Source: Chiloscyllium plagiosum
Taxonomy: Eukaryota
Direction: 5' to 3'
Assembly: GCF_004010195.1 (NCBI RefSeq)
Contig: NC_057750.1
Coordinates: forward strand, 6,912,940-6,976,939
DNA length: 64,000 bases
Shown here piece by piece: positions 1 through 11,389 of the stretch. Within the stretch, counting starts at the first letter, position 1, and every line of letters starts with the position of its first letter. The notes below the pieces were generated by a model. The model made no database searches. It was not told the origin of the DNA and was given only the letters and a program-made list of their open reading frames with translations. The position numbers and the translations under genes are program-made.

Positions 1-1030
1 TTGCTGAAAGAAGACAGAGGGTGGTGGTTGATGGGAAATGTTCATCCTGGAGTCCAGTTACCAGTGGTGTACCACAAGGGTCAGTGTTGGGTCCACTGCT
101 GTTCGTCATTTTTATAAACGATGAGGGCGTAGAAGGGCGGGTTAGTAAATTTGCAGACGACACTAAGGTCGATGGAGTTGTGGATAGTGACGAAGGATGT
201 TGTAGGTTACAGAGAGACATAGATAAGTTGCAGAGCTGGGCTGAGAGGTGGCAAATGGAGTTTAAAGCGGACAAATGTGAGGTGATTCACTTTGGTTGGA
301 GTAACCGGAATGTAAAGTACTGGGCTAATGGTAAGATTCTTGGCAGTATAGATGAGCAGAGAGATCTCAGTGTCCATGTGCACAGATCCTTGAAAGTTGC
401 CATCCAGGTTGACAGGGTTGTTAAGGCAGCATACAGTGTTTTAGCTTTTATTAATAGATGCATCGAGTTCTGGAACCATGAGGTTATGCTGCAGCTGTAC
501 AAAACTTGGAGTATTGTGTACAGTTCTGGTCACCACATTATAAGAAGGATGTGGAAGATTTGGACAGGGTGCTGAGGAGATTTACTAGAATGTTGCCTGG
601 TATGGCGGGAAGGTCTTACAAGGAAAGGCTGAGGGACATGAGGCTGTTTCCGTTAGAGAGAAGAAGGGTGAGAGGTGACTTAATAGAGACATATAAGATA
701 ATCAGAGAGTTAAATAGGGTGGACAGGGAGAGCCTTTTTCCAAGTATGGTGATGGCAAGCAAGAGGGGGCATAGCTTTAAATTGAGGGGTGATAGATATA
801 AGACAGATCTCAGACGTAGTTTCTTTACTCAGAGAGTAGTAAAGGTATGGAATGCTTTGCCTGTAACGGTAGTAGATTCACCAAATTTAAGTACATTTAA
901 GTCGTCATTGGACAGCCATATGGACGTACATGGAATAGTGTAGGTTAGATGGGCTTCAGATTGGTATGACAGGTCGGCGAAACATCGAGGGCCGAAGGGC
1001 CTGTACTGCGCTGTAATGTTCTATGTTCTA
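1..1030 (+). mobile_element. CR1-clade (HER1-like) LINE 3' part, frameshifted reverse transcriptase
   Basis: ORFs 21-575 and 506-943 give RT motifs GVPQGSVLGPLLF and KFADDTK, and the CR1 C-terminus YCVQFWSP...RGHSFKL...FFTQRVV. It ends in a GTTCTATGTTCTA tail and continues off the left edge. Confidence 0.93.
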
Positions 1031-1139
1031 GAGAAACCGATATCTTCATGGCAGACACCCTCTGCTGGTACATGTAGGTATGGTGACCTCAAGTGGACAA
1101 AATGAACAATGCAATTTTCAACACAATACAGTATCATTC

Positions 1140-1395
1140 TGGTACATCTATGGAACACCATCCCCTTCAAGATCCCCCAAGCCACTCCCTGTCGCAACTT
1201 GGGAAATATATTGTCATTCCTTCAGTGTTGCTGGGTCAAAATCCTGGAAATTCCTCCCTGAGGGTATTGTGGGTCAACCCCACACAGGTGGAATGTAGCA
1301 GCTCACCCCCACCTTCTCAAGGGGCAACTAGGGACAGGGCAATAAATGCTGGGACTAGCCAATGATGCCTACATCCCAGAAATTAATAATTTTCT
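1140..1395 (+). mobile_element. L2/CR1-group LINE 3' end
   Basis: The block ...GCTGGGTCAAAATCCTGGAA...CTCAAGGGGCAACTAGGG...AATAAATGCT recurs at about 21125-21480, 25490-25805, 29100-29450, 39325-39845 and (minus) 50085-50890. Clade assignment is from memory. Confidence 0.7.
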
Positions 1396-1559
1396 AAAAA
1401 TGCTGCATCCTATCTGAAGGCAAACTATCCTTTGTAAAGGTGCAGTAACTGGAATTACTCAGGCTTGATCAAACCAGTTTGCCTGGGTTGACACATGAAG
1501 GATAGCTGGCAGTGTTTGTGAGGAGCAGGCTGCTCTCTCCTCTCGTTCAGGCTTAAGCA

Positions 1560-2041
1560 ACACGATTCTAGTCTCCTTCCTATCGGACGGACGTTGTGAA
1601 ACTTGAAAGGATTCAGAAAAGGATGATGGAGGGTTTGAGCTACAGGGAGAGTCAGAATAGGCTGGGGCTGTTTTCCCTGAGGGGTGATCTTATAGAGGTT
1701 TATAAAATCATGAGGGGCATAGATAGGATAAATAGACATGGTCTTCTCCCTGGGGTGGGAGAGTCCAGAACTAGAGGGCATAGGTTTAGGGCAAAAGGGA
1801 ATAAAATTTAAATGGATCTTTTTCACATAGAGGGTGGTGCGTGTGTGGAATGAGCTGCCAGAGGAAGTGGTGGAGGCTGGTACAATTACAGCATTGAAAA
1901 GGCAACTGGATGGGTATATGAATAGGAAGGGTTTGGAGAGGTACGGGCCAAGTGCTGGCAAATGGAATGAGATTAGGATAGGATATCTGGTTGGCATGGC
2001 TGAAGCGTCTGTTTCTGAGCTGTACATCTCTATGACTCTAT
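1560..2041 (+). mobile_element. CR1 LINE 3' fragment
   Basis: KLERIQK...LRGDLIEVYKIM...TRGHRF and RVWNELPEEVVEAG; tail CTCTATGACTCTATGA ends about 28 bp from the EML exon donor. Confidence 0.9.
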
Positions 2042-2069
2042 GAGTGCGTGGTAGGTGCCATTGACATAC

Positions 2070-2252
2070 CTCTGCTGGGTGCTCTTTTGTTGAGCAAGGT
2101 GTGCTGCTCCTCTGCGTGGGCTAACCGCCGGACCACATCAGCAAGCGCTGCTTTCAGGACCTGAATCTCGTCATCTTGTAGCTGCATGCGCTGCTCGAGG
2201 TAGGAGATACGGTCATCCACATCCATGCTACTTGTGGCTGAAACACTGTCAT
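2070..2252 (-). CDS. EML2: EML-family (EML2-like) internal exon encoding the N-terminal trimerisation coiled coil
   Basis: Minus strand reads ctctgcag|AT GAC AGT...AGA G|gtatgt: 183 nt, phase 1 at both ends. Peptide (D)DSVSATSSMDVDDRISYLEQRMQLQDDEIQVLKAALADVVRRLAHAEEQHTLLNKRAPSR matches the EML1-4 coiled coil. MDVDDR..LEQR.QLQ resembles EML2 most; the paralogue is less certain than the family. Confidence 0.9.
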
Positions 2253-2589
2253 CTGCAGAGAGGAGAGGTTAAAGAGGAAAGGCATTACCTCTCACATTGT
2301 CAGCTGGAAACCTCATTAGCAGCGTGACCTGGGTTTGCAGCCCCATTCCTAGGGAAAAGCTACATCCATATGACGCCCTCTACAACACACTGAAGCGCTT
2401 CACCTCCCACAGATTTCTCCGAGTTGTTGTCACGGTCACAAGTGCTTATGCCCGAAACGTCGATTCTCCTGTTCCCTGGATGCTGCCTGACCTGCTGCGC
2501 TTTTCCAGCAACACATTTCCAGCACAAGTGGACAGCCAACCGATGCACAGCAAGCTCCCAGGAACAACCAGCTAGCGATAAAACAATGA

Positions 2590-2712
2590 ACTGCAAGAGC
2601 TGAAGACCTGAAACGAAAACAGAAATTGCTGGAGAAACCCAGCAGGTCAGGCAGCATCTGTGGACAGAAAGCAGAGTTAAGGTTTCGAGTCCGGTGACCT
2701 TTCTTCAGAACA
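2590..2712 (-). mobile_element. Short PLE-like repeat, family B, with decayed hammerhead motif
   Basis: Minus strand: GTT CTGAAGA A AGGTC ACCG GACTC GAAAC CTT AAC. Same family at 7357-7605 and 34835-35005. Confidence 0.6.
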
Positions 2713-2809
2713 CAAAAGTTTTGAAGAAGTTTTCTGTAACATTGGTTAAATTACATCTACATTAAAAACTGCTCAGAGAAGCACTTGAGCTACCATAACA
2801 TACAAGGCT

Positions 2810-3152
2810 TTTTTAAATTCATTAATGTGATGTGGGTGTCACTGGCGAGGCCAGTATTTAATGCCCTAATTACCCAGAGGGCAGTTAGGAGTCAACTGGT
2901 TCACCATGGGTCTGGAGTCACATGTAGGCCATGTGACCTAAGGATGGCAGTTTCCTTCCCTAAAGGACATTAGTGACCCAGATGGGCTTTTCAAACTATC
3001 ATTTTGTGATCTTCATTAAAGTAATTCCAGATTTTTATTAAATTCAAAATCCACCGTCTGACACAGCAGGCTTTGAATGCAGGTCCTACGGACATTATTT
3101 GGGTCTCTGGATTAACAGTCCAGCAACATTACCATTAGGCCATCACCTCCCC
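2810..3152 (-). mobile_element. tRNA-headed Deu-type SINE (SacSINE1-like)
   Basis: Reverse complement of the family at 7740-8085, 34468-34825, 38103-38390 and 38510-38890; further minus copies at 56085-56392 and 60975-61310. Name recalled, not searched. Confidence 0.65.
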
Positions 3153-3339
3153 TCTATGGGATTAGAACTGTTGGATGTTTGATGACCAGTGTGGATATGA
3201 TGGGCTGAAGGGTCTCTTTCCATGTTGTAAAAACTCTATGACGTCAACAGATCTATTTTCCAAAACAGGCACCACAGGTTCTTAATTTAACACTGCCTCT
3301 GACAGTGCAGCACTCTCGCAGTATTCCAGTTTTTTTAGA

Positions 3340-3602
3340 ATTAGGTTTAATATCAGAAGATCTCAGGGGCAACCTTTCCTCACAGAGGGTGGTACGTGTA
3401 CGGAATGAGCTGCCAGAGGAAGTGGTGGAGACTGGTATAATTACAACATTTAAAAAGGCATCTGGATGGATTCATGAATAGGAAGGATTTGGAGGGATGT
3501 GGGCCGGATGCTGGCACATGGGACGAGATTAGGTTAGGATATCTGGTCGGCATGGACGGGTTGGACTGAAGGATCTGTTTTGTGCTGTATACCTCTATGA
3601 CT
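3340..3602 (+). mobile_element. CR1 LINE 3' fragment
   Basis: CAGAGGGTGGTACGTGTA.GGAATGAGCTGCCAGAGGAAGTGGTGGAG...CTCTATGACT, shared with many copies. Confidence 0.88.
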
Positions 3603-3996
3603 TTGGGCTTGCCAAGTTTACAGAGGACAGAATGTGGGAGCTGAATTGGGAGTGCATTACACAGGCAAGCTGGCTGGGTTAAGTTCTTCTCTCTGCGTGG
3701 ATATGATCTTACGTACACCACAACATGGAGCACAGACTTAAATAGACTCAGAGCCTGGAGGGTGGCAGGTGAAGGAGGAGGCCTCTGGCAGCGGCAACGC
3801 CAGGATGAGCCAGACCCCAACCCGGGGTCTCCCGGCGAGTCAGTTGCAACCTGAGTCCCCTGCCCTGGACTCGTAGGCTAGGCCGAGGCTTCTAGTCCAC
3901 GGCTAGGCCCAGGCATATAAAGGAATGGAAGCACCGGTGAGTGTGATGGACGGAGACAGCGTCGGATCAGGAGTAAGACGGATGGAAAACACACAT

Positions 3997-4166
3997 GTCA
4001 AGATTAGAATAGTGCTGGAAAAGCACCACTCAGGAATGGCTGATGAAGGGCTTTTGCCCAAAACATCAATTTTCCTGCTCCTCGGATGCTGCCTGACCTG
4101 CTGTGCTTTTCCAGCACCACACTCTCCACTCTGATCTCCAGCATCTGCAGTCCTCACTTTCGCCTA
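3997..4166 (+). mobile_element. Short PLE derivative, family A, with 5' inverted segment and TSD
   Basis: Flanked by ATGGAA(A/C)ACACACAT at 3982-3996 and 4167-4181; contains CTGATGAAGGGCTTTTGCCC. Confidence 0.75.
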
Positions 4167-4230
4167 ATGGAACACACACATCCCCAGGCCCATGGCTACA
4201 GCTCAGATGCAGAGGAGTGGAGGCAGCAAA

Positions 4231-4830
4231 AGCCCGTAACCGAGACCCCAGAGCTCTGTAACCAATATGCCAGAGCCCCGTAACCGAGACCCCAGAGCCC
4301 GTTACAGAGACCCCAGAGTCTGTAACCGAGACCCCAGAGCCCAGTAACCGAGACTTCAGAACCCCGTAACCGCGACCCCAGAGCCCGTAACCGAGGCCCC
4401 AGAGCCCCGTAACTGAGACCCCAGAACCCCGTAGCCGAGACCCCAGAGCCCCGTAACCAAGACCCCAGAGCCCTGTAACCGAGACCTCAGAGCCCCGTAA
4501 CTGAGACCCCAGAGCCCGTAACTGAGACCCCAGAGCTCGTAACCGAGACCCAGAACCCCATAACCAAGACCCCAGAGCCCATAACCGAGACCCCAGAGCC
4601 CGTTACAGAGATCCCAGAACTCCGTAACCGAGACTCCAGAGCCCGTTACAGAGACCCCAGACTCTGTAACCAAGACCCCAGGAGGCTGTTACCAAGACTC
4701 AGAGTCTGTAACCAAGACCCCAGAGCCTATTACAGAGACCCCGGGGCCCATTACGGAGATCCCGGAGCCTGTTACAGAGACCGTGGAGGTCATTACGGAG
4801 ACCCTGGGGCCTGTGACAGAGACTCTGACC
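4231..4830. repeat. GC-rich minisatellite, unit about 20-22 bp (CCCGTAACCGAGACCCCAGAG)
   Basis: Roughly 28 adjacent degenerate copies with no unique spacers. Confidence 0.93.
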
Positions 4831-5359
4831 AACGTCAAGCAGCAGCTGAAGGAGCAGTGGAGGAGAAACATGAAGTAGAGGGAAAGATGGATTCTATTGC
4901 AGTAAAACCTTGCATTATGTTCAGTGTTTCAAGATGCAAGTGTGTTGGAACGTGGTTACACTTTGTGTAAGGCACATGAGAAAACAATATTTTTATACAC
5001 TTGTGACAATCAATCTAAATGTAAAATACTAACTTAAACTAACAGCCAAGAACACAGAGCCGGGCGGGTGGGGGACATGAATAGATTCCAATCACTTCCT
5101 GAAGCGTAGCAATTGCACCATCTGTTGGTTACGTCTGGTGGCATCAACTGAAAATAGAGACAAAGTTAAGAGCCAGCGACCCCACCCATCGCTCACTCTG
5201 TTACTATCCTAATTGTAGGCTGCCTCCTGCGGGAGACAAGCTGCTATGACATGCGCTTAACCAACATGCTGAAAATCTGGATCACAGGCTGCCATTTCAT
5301 GTGTGTTTATTAAAGTGCCCAGAAGGAGTACAGCCAAAAACAGTAATTTGGAAAAGATA

Positions 5360-5620
5360 TAGAGTCGTAGAGTCATAGAGATGTACAGCACGGAAACACC
5401 CTTCGGTCCAACTCGTCCATGCCGACCAGATATCCCAACCCAATCTCGTCCCACCTGCCAGCACTTGGCCCATATCCCTCCAAATCCTTCCTATTCATAT
5501 ACCCATCCAGATGCCTTTTAAATGTTGTCATTGTACCAGCCTCCACCACTTCCTCTGGCAGCTCAATCCATACATGTACCACCCTCTGTGTGAAATAGTT
5601 GTCCCTTAGGTCTCTTTTAT
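5360..5620 (-). mobile_element. CR1 LINE 3' fragment
   Basis: ORF 5373-5684 contains FTQRVVHVWIELPEEVVEAG; tail TAGAGTCGTAGAGTCATAGAG. Confidence 0.88.
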
Positions 5621-6129
5621 ATCCCATTAGTTGCTGCCAGAGACTAGAGAGGGCACTGGGTTCAAATACATCTGTCTCTGTCACATAGCCCTCACATCAA
5701 TACAGGTGATAAATAAATGTATTGATTCTTTTAGGCATTAGTAAACCAAACATTCTCGGCTTTAAGGCACAGAACTGTGCAAAGCAAACTCCCACACCAG
5801 AAGCAGGGTCTACAATTACAACATTTAAAAGGCATTTGGATGGGTATATGAATAGGAACTGTTTAGAGGGATTTGGGCCAGATGCTGGCAAATGGGACCA
5901 TATTAGGTTAGGATATCTGTTCAGCATGGACGGGTTGACCGAAGGGTCTGTTTCTGTGCTGTACATCTCTGACTCTATGGTACAAGTGGGTATTTTAGGG
6001 GCCCAATAAATGGTTCAGGACCTTAGAGGGATCATTGTGCTCCGTGTGGATTGGAAAGGGGTCGTAAGGCCACCATGCTCAGGTCAAAGAGGGGGGGCTA
6101 CTGTGCTAAGGGCAGGGACTGAGGCCACT

Positions 6130-6232
6130 CTGCCCGGGTCAGGGGTTGGGCTGCGGTGCTCAAGGAGCACGTATGGGGGGGCAGCACTGGGGTCAGGTGC
6201 AGGACTGGGGTCAGGGGCAGCACTGGGGCTTG
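6130..6232. repeat. Short 18-bp tandem repeat (GGGGCAGCACTGGGGTCA)
   Basis: Three clear copies plus degenerate ones; explains the PDPSAA-repeat ORF 6084-6353. Confidence 0.7.
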
Positions 6233-6715
6233 TGCTTTCCGTCCTTGTTAATGACTCCATTGGAATCTGTGACAAGTGCAGAAAAAAAGCTCCATGCAAA
6301 ATGACAGATTTATTCTTCCTGAGCTCGAACTCATGTTTAGCACAAAGTGACATAGTGATAATGTCACTAAACTATCAGTTTAGAGATCCAGGTGAATGCG
6401 CTGTGGGAGAACAGACCCAAGTATGGGCTAAGACGTAGAAATGTGGTTAAGATTTACAAGAAAGGAGGTTGAGAGATGACCTTGTAGAAGTTAGGAATTG
6501 GTTTAGTTCAGTCAGCTGGGTTGTCAGTTTACAGAGCAGTGTGATATCAACAGCGTGGGTTCAACTCTCATCACTGGTTTGAGGTTACCATGAAGGACTT
6601 TCCTTCTCAACCCTGAGCTCTGGTGGCCCTCAGGTTAAATCACCACCAGTCGCTTCTCTCTCTTATGGGAGAGCAGCCCCTATGGGCTGGTAAGACTATG
6701 GCAACACAACAACCG

Positions 6716-7060
6716 TACAGAAGTTTATAAAATAATAAAGGGTGGAGATAGAGTTAATGGTAGCTGTCTTTTCTCCAGGATGGGGGATGTCAAAGGTAGG
6801 GGGCACATTTTTAAGGTGAGATGAGAGAGATTTAAAAAAGACACAAGCATTTTTTTTTAAACACAGAGGGTAGTCAGTGTGTGTAATGAACTTCCTGAGG
6901 AAGGGGTGGATGTGGGTACAACATTTAAAAGACATTTGGATAAGTACACGAAGAGGAAAGGTTTGGAGGGATATGGGCCAGGAGCACGCAAGTTGGATTA
7001 ATTTAGTTTGGGATTCTGGTTGGACCGAAGGTCCTGTTTCCGTGCTCTATGACTCTATGG
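6716..7060 (+). mobile_element. CR1 LINE 3' fragment
   Basis: GAAGTTTATAAAAT...AGGGGGCACATTTTTAAGGTGAGA...CTATGACTCTATG. Confidence 0.8.
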
Positions 7061-7356
7061 TATGGATGTACACCTCAGGAACGGCTCAGAATCTTTTCTC
7101 GTGAAGGATACAGACTGCAGGATGAGCAGATGATGAAAAGTTTTGGAGACAGAGACAACTTTACCCCTTCTTGTGAAAGAACATAATTGAAGGCTGTCAA
7201 TATAAGTTCGTCATCGAGAAATCCAATCAAGAATTCAGGAGAAACTTTTTTTACCCAGAGAATGGGGCAAATGTGAAACCCATTCCCACAGAGAATGATT
7301 GAAGCAAACAGTGTGGATGTGTTTAAAGAGAACTCAGAGAAACAGATGAAGGAAGA

Positions 7357-7605
7357 AAGCCAGGAAGTACTGGAGAAACTCAGCAGGTCTGACAGTCTCT
7401 GCGGAGAGAGAAACTGAGTGAACATTTCACGTCTGATATGGTTCTTCTTCAGAACTGCGTCCAGAAGTGTTCTGAATTCTGAAAAAGAGTCATACTGGAC
7501 TTGAACCATTTGCTCTGTTTTTCTCTCTCTCTCCAAAAATGCTGCCAGATTTATTGATTTTCTCCAGCACTGTGTGTTTGCTTCCAGCATCTGCTGCATT
7601 TTGCA
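7357..7605. mobile_element. Palindromic family-B PLE-like element
   Basis: Inverted arms CTGGAGAAACTCAGCAGGTCTG and CCAGATTTATTGATTTTCTCCAG around two decayed TTCTGAA.AAG cores. Confidence 0.6.
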
Positions 7606-7739
7606 TTTTGTATATGCCAGTGAGAGAGAGGGGTTTATGATGATGGATTTAGATGAACAAATGGAGCAGCTCAAATGGTGTATCAGCACAAATGTGGACT
7701 GGATGGGCTGAATGGCCTGTTTCTATGCTGTACACACAA

Positions 7740-8085
7740 TAGTATAATGTCACTGGACAAGTAATGTAATGCCCTGGGAATGTGGGTTCAAATCTCAATG
7801 TGGCATCTGGAGGGTTTTAAATTCAGTATTCATAATTAATCTGGAATATAAAGAAAACCCCAGCAATGAGGAGCATAAAACCATCATTGATTATTGTAAA
7901 GGCCCATCTGCTTCACTCATAGCCTTGAGGGAAGGAAATCATCAGTCCTTAGCTGGTCAAGGCCTACATGTGATTCAAGGCTCACACCAATATGGTTGAA
8001 ATGCCTCTGAAATGGTCTCTTAGAGTTGGGCAACAAATGCAGGCTTTGCCAATGATGCTCACATGCCATGAAAGAATTTTTAAAA
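7740..8085 (+). mobile_element. Deu-type SINE (SacSINE1-like)
   Basis: B-box-like GGTTCAAATC, central GGGAAGGAAATC...CCTACATGTGA, 3' GGGCAACAAATGC tail shared with the L2-like LINE ends. Confidence 0.65.
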
Positions 8086-8113
8086 TGTACATGAAAAGCT
8101 AGTTTGTAGCAAG

Positions 8114-8387
8114 ATTAGATTCCCTACAGTGTGGAAACAGGCCCTTCAGTCCAAACTGACCCTCCAAAGAGTAATCCACCCAGACCCATTTCCCTTTGAT
8201 TAGTACACCTAACACAATGGGCAATTTAGCACGGCCAGTTCACCTAACCTGCACATCTTTGGACTGTGGGAGGAAACTGGAGCACATCCAGTGGAGAATG
8301 TGCAAATTCCACCCAGTCACTCAATGCTGGAATTGAACCTGAGACGCTGGTGCTGTGAGGCAGCACTGCTAACCACTGAGTCACCAG
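8114..8387 (-). mobile_element. HE1-like tRNA-derived SINE
   Basis: Reverse complement of the element at 19135-19460. Confidence 0.85.
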
Positions 8388-8519
8388 GTTGCAAGATAAT
8401 AACGTGGCTTTAGAGAATTCCAATGTAGCTCTGACTCTCAGCCTCCGATACACACTGGAAGATTGATAGCTGTTATTCATCTCCAAAAATGCCACAACAG
8501 CAGACTTCATGTTTACATC

Positions 8520-8828
8520 GGGCGGGGGTCCAGAACTAGAGGGCATAGGTTAAAGGTGAGAGGGGAAAGATTTAAAAGAGGCCTAAGAGGTAACTTTTTC
8601 ACACAGAGGGTGGTGCGTGTATGGAATGAGCTGCCAGAGGAAGTGGTGGAGGCTGGTACAATTACAGCATTTAAAAGGCATCTGGATGGGTATATGAATA
8701 GGAAGGGTTTAGAGGGATATGGGCCAAGTGCTGGCAAATGGGACTAGATCGATTTTAGGATATCTGGTCAGCATGGACGAGTTGGACCGAAGGGTCTGTT
8801 TCTGTGCTGTACATCTCTATGACTCTAC
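8520..8828 (+). mobile_element. CR1 LINE 3' fragment
   Basis: SRTRGHRLKVRGERFKRGLRGNFFTQRVVRVWNELPEEVVEAG plus tail. Confidence 0.9.
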
Positions 8829-9514
8829 CTGTGCCTCGTGTTACCTCTAGATTTGACAATCCCAATACTATCCCAGTTCACCACCCACCCTTCAATATCT
8901 TGTAACTCGTGCCAAGTCCCTTTATAACTCTGTGCTCGGTGACTTAAATTGCCTCACTATCTGGTGAAGGCTTAATTTTAAAATTCTCATTCTTGTTTTC
9001 AAATCCATACACCCCTCTGTGTCTCAGCAACCTGCTCCAGCCCTACAACCCTCCGAGATCTCTGCACTCCTCTGATGCTGACCTCCCGCTTGTCCCCAGT
9101 TTTAAGTGCAGCATCGCCGGAGTCTGTGTCTCCAGCTGCCCCCTGACAGGGGGCCCCGTTTCTTGGGAAAATAATTCAGTGGGCACAATGCCTCCACATT
9201 GGGAAGCAGCTCAAATGGAGCAGAGAGGCAAGTGTGCTGTAGTTGGGCTGAATGGCCTGCTTAGGTACAAAGGCAAAGTGGATTACTAGCTCTTTCACGT
9301 TACTAATCCTCTGAGGATCTGTGTTCAAATCCCACCGGCTGTTGCTATGGGTCTGGAGGGAGCCCAGCAGCAGAGAAATGGTGCCTCAAGTAGGGTGGTT
9401 CTGGCACAGGCAGCAGTGAGGCTATGGAGGTCTCCCTTGATGCCAGGTGCCAGTATGGACTGGGTTGGAAAGACCGATATTCTGAACTTATTACTTGTCT
9501 AAGTTATTCCTATT

Positions 9515-9712
9515 GCTGAAAATGTGTTGCTGGAAAAGTGCAGCAGGTCAGGCAGCATCCAAGGAACAGGAGAATCGACGTTTCGGGCATAAGCCCTTCT
9601 TATGCCCGAAACATCGATTCTCCTGCTCCTTGGATGCTGCCTGACCTGCTGCGCTTTTCCAGCAACACATTTTCAGCTCTGATCTCCAGCATCTGCAGCC
9701 CTCACTTTCTCC
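9515..9712. mobile_element. Palindromic family-A PLE derivative with 17-bp TSD
   Basis: Exact TCTAAGTTATTCCTATT at 9498-9514 and 9713-9729; inverted arms meet at GGGCATAAGCCCTTC/TTATGCCCGAAAC. Confidence 0.85.
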
Positions 9713-9828
9713 TCTAAGTTATTCCTATTACCTACAATGCTGGACGATTTATTTCTTTATTTTTCTCAATTTTAAGGAGCCAGTGTTGGACTGGGGTGGA
9801 CATAGTTAAAAATCACACACCGCACCAG

Positions 9829-10071
9829 GTTGTACATCTTTATGATTCTATACCCTACGTACTCAAAAGAGTACAGTTAAAAGTTTACAATCACAGCATT
9901 ACAGCACCATCTTAGGTACAAAGGTACAGGTAGTGAAAATCAAATTCTTCAGAAACAAAACAAATGAGAAAAGTACCTTTGTACCTAAGATGGTGCTGTA
10001 ATGCTGTGATTGTAAACTTTTAACTGTACTCTTTTGAATACGTAGGGTACAGAATCATAAAGATGTACAAC
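9829..10071. repeat. Near-perfect inverted repeat: 99-bp arms, 45-bp spacer
   Basis: 9829-9927 is the reverse complement of 9973-10071 with 2 mismatches by eye. Confidence 0.9.
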
Positions 10072-10530
10072 ACAGAAACAGACCCTTCGGTCCAACTCAT
10101 CCATGCCAACAAGATATACTAAATTAATCTAGTCCCATTTGCCAGCACTTGGCCCATATCCCTCTAAACCCTTTCTATTCATGTACCCATCCAGATGCCT
10201 TTTAAATGTTGTTATTGTACCAGCCTCCACTACCTCTCTAGCAGCTCATTCCACACACGCACCACCCTCTGCGTGAAAAAGTTTTCTTTTAGGTTCCTTT
10301 TAAATCTTACCCCTCTCACCTTAAACCTATGCCCTCTAGTTCTGGACTCCACCACTCCAGGGGAAAGACCTTGTCTATTCACCCTATTTATTACCCTCAT
10401 GATTTGATAAACGTCTATAAGGTCACCCCTCACCCCTATTCTCCAGGAAAAAAAGCCCCAGCCTATTCAGCCTCTCCCTATAGCTCAAACCCTCCAACCC
10501 TGGCAAATTCCTCAAATTTTTACTGAACAC
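10050..10530 (-). mobile_element. CR1 LINE 3' fragment
   Basis: ORF 10230-10433: RGDLIDVYQIM...TRGHRFKVRG...FFTQRVVRVWNEL. Confidence 0.9.
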
Positions 10531-10588
10531 TTGAGGCAATAAAGCTAATTCAATTCATTTATAGACAGCAGGTTTCCTTCACAGAAAG

Positions 10589-10731
10589 GCGAAAGTGAGG
10601 ACTGCAGATGCTGGAGATCAGAGTCCAGATTAGAGTGGTGCTGGAAAAGCACAGCAGATCAGGCAGTATCTGAGGAGGAGGAAAACTGAAGTTTTGGGCA
10701 AAAGCCTTTCATCATGAATGAGGCTGCCTCA
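10589..10731 (-). mobile_element. Family-A PLE derivative with 15-bp TSD
   Basis: TTCCTTCACAGAAAG at 10574-10588 and 10732-10746. Confidence 0.8.
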
Positions 10732-11389
10732 TTCCTTCACAGAAAGACAACCATGAACTGGTTGGAATTTTTCATGACAATCCAAGCGCCTTTATAGACT
10801 TTTGTTTCAATCTCAAATCACTCTGGTGGGATTTGAACTCACGGCTACCCGAATCATGAATGTGGGCTCTGGATTACTACTTGTCCAGTAGCGTAACCAT
10901 GTGTTCACTGCTTTCCAGATTTATAAAGTTCATGGGCTATTAAACTCGTTAGCTGTTCCTTTCACAATGATATATCTGACACTTGACTTATTCCTGTTCT
11001 TAGTTCCCATCCTCAATTTTAATGTCTGGTCATATTAAAGGGATCATTAATCTCCCAGCTTTCTCTGCTCTGATGGTAGTGCAGCAAATGTTCATCTCTC
11101 TTTTCTGTTGCTGGTGTTTCTTTCACCTGAAGTTATCATTTCAAATTGACAGAGCGAGTTTGTTTTTAAATTCACTCAATCTTTGTCTCCATATAAAACT
11201 ATCAGGAGAGTAGCTGAGAGTCAAACTTTGACCTCCATCGCACTGCCCCTCCATACCATAACGCTCCCAAAACATGAATCAGCACATTCTAGAGATGGAT
11301 AGAAACGTTTCAAAGTCTTTTTGAGCATTTCTACTAAATTGACGGCCTTCTTGAGCCATTCCCACGACGATTGTGCATTCCAACAGATC

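Noticed and set aside
2038..2226. ORF 2038-2226 as a stand-alone 62-aa gene
   Set aside because: It is an internal exon. Homology extends upstream of its Met to the acceptor at 2252, and its last residues are intronic read-through past the donor at 2070.
4231..4871. CRISPR array or repeat-protein ORFs (4356-4673, 4689-4871)
   Set aside because: Units are adjacent with no unique spacers, there are no cas genes and the DNA is vertebrate. The ORFs are by-products of the minisatellite.
9829..10071. Pre-miRNA or MITE interpretation of the long hairpin
   Set aside because: The arms are chimeric TE-junction sequence, too long and too perfect for a typical pre-miRNA, and there is no flanking TSD.
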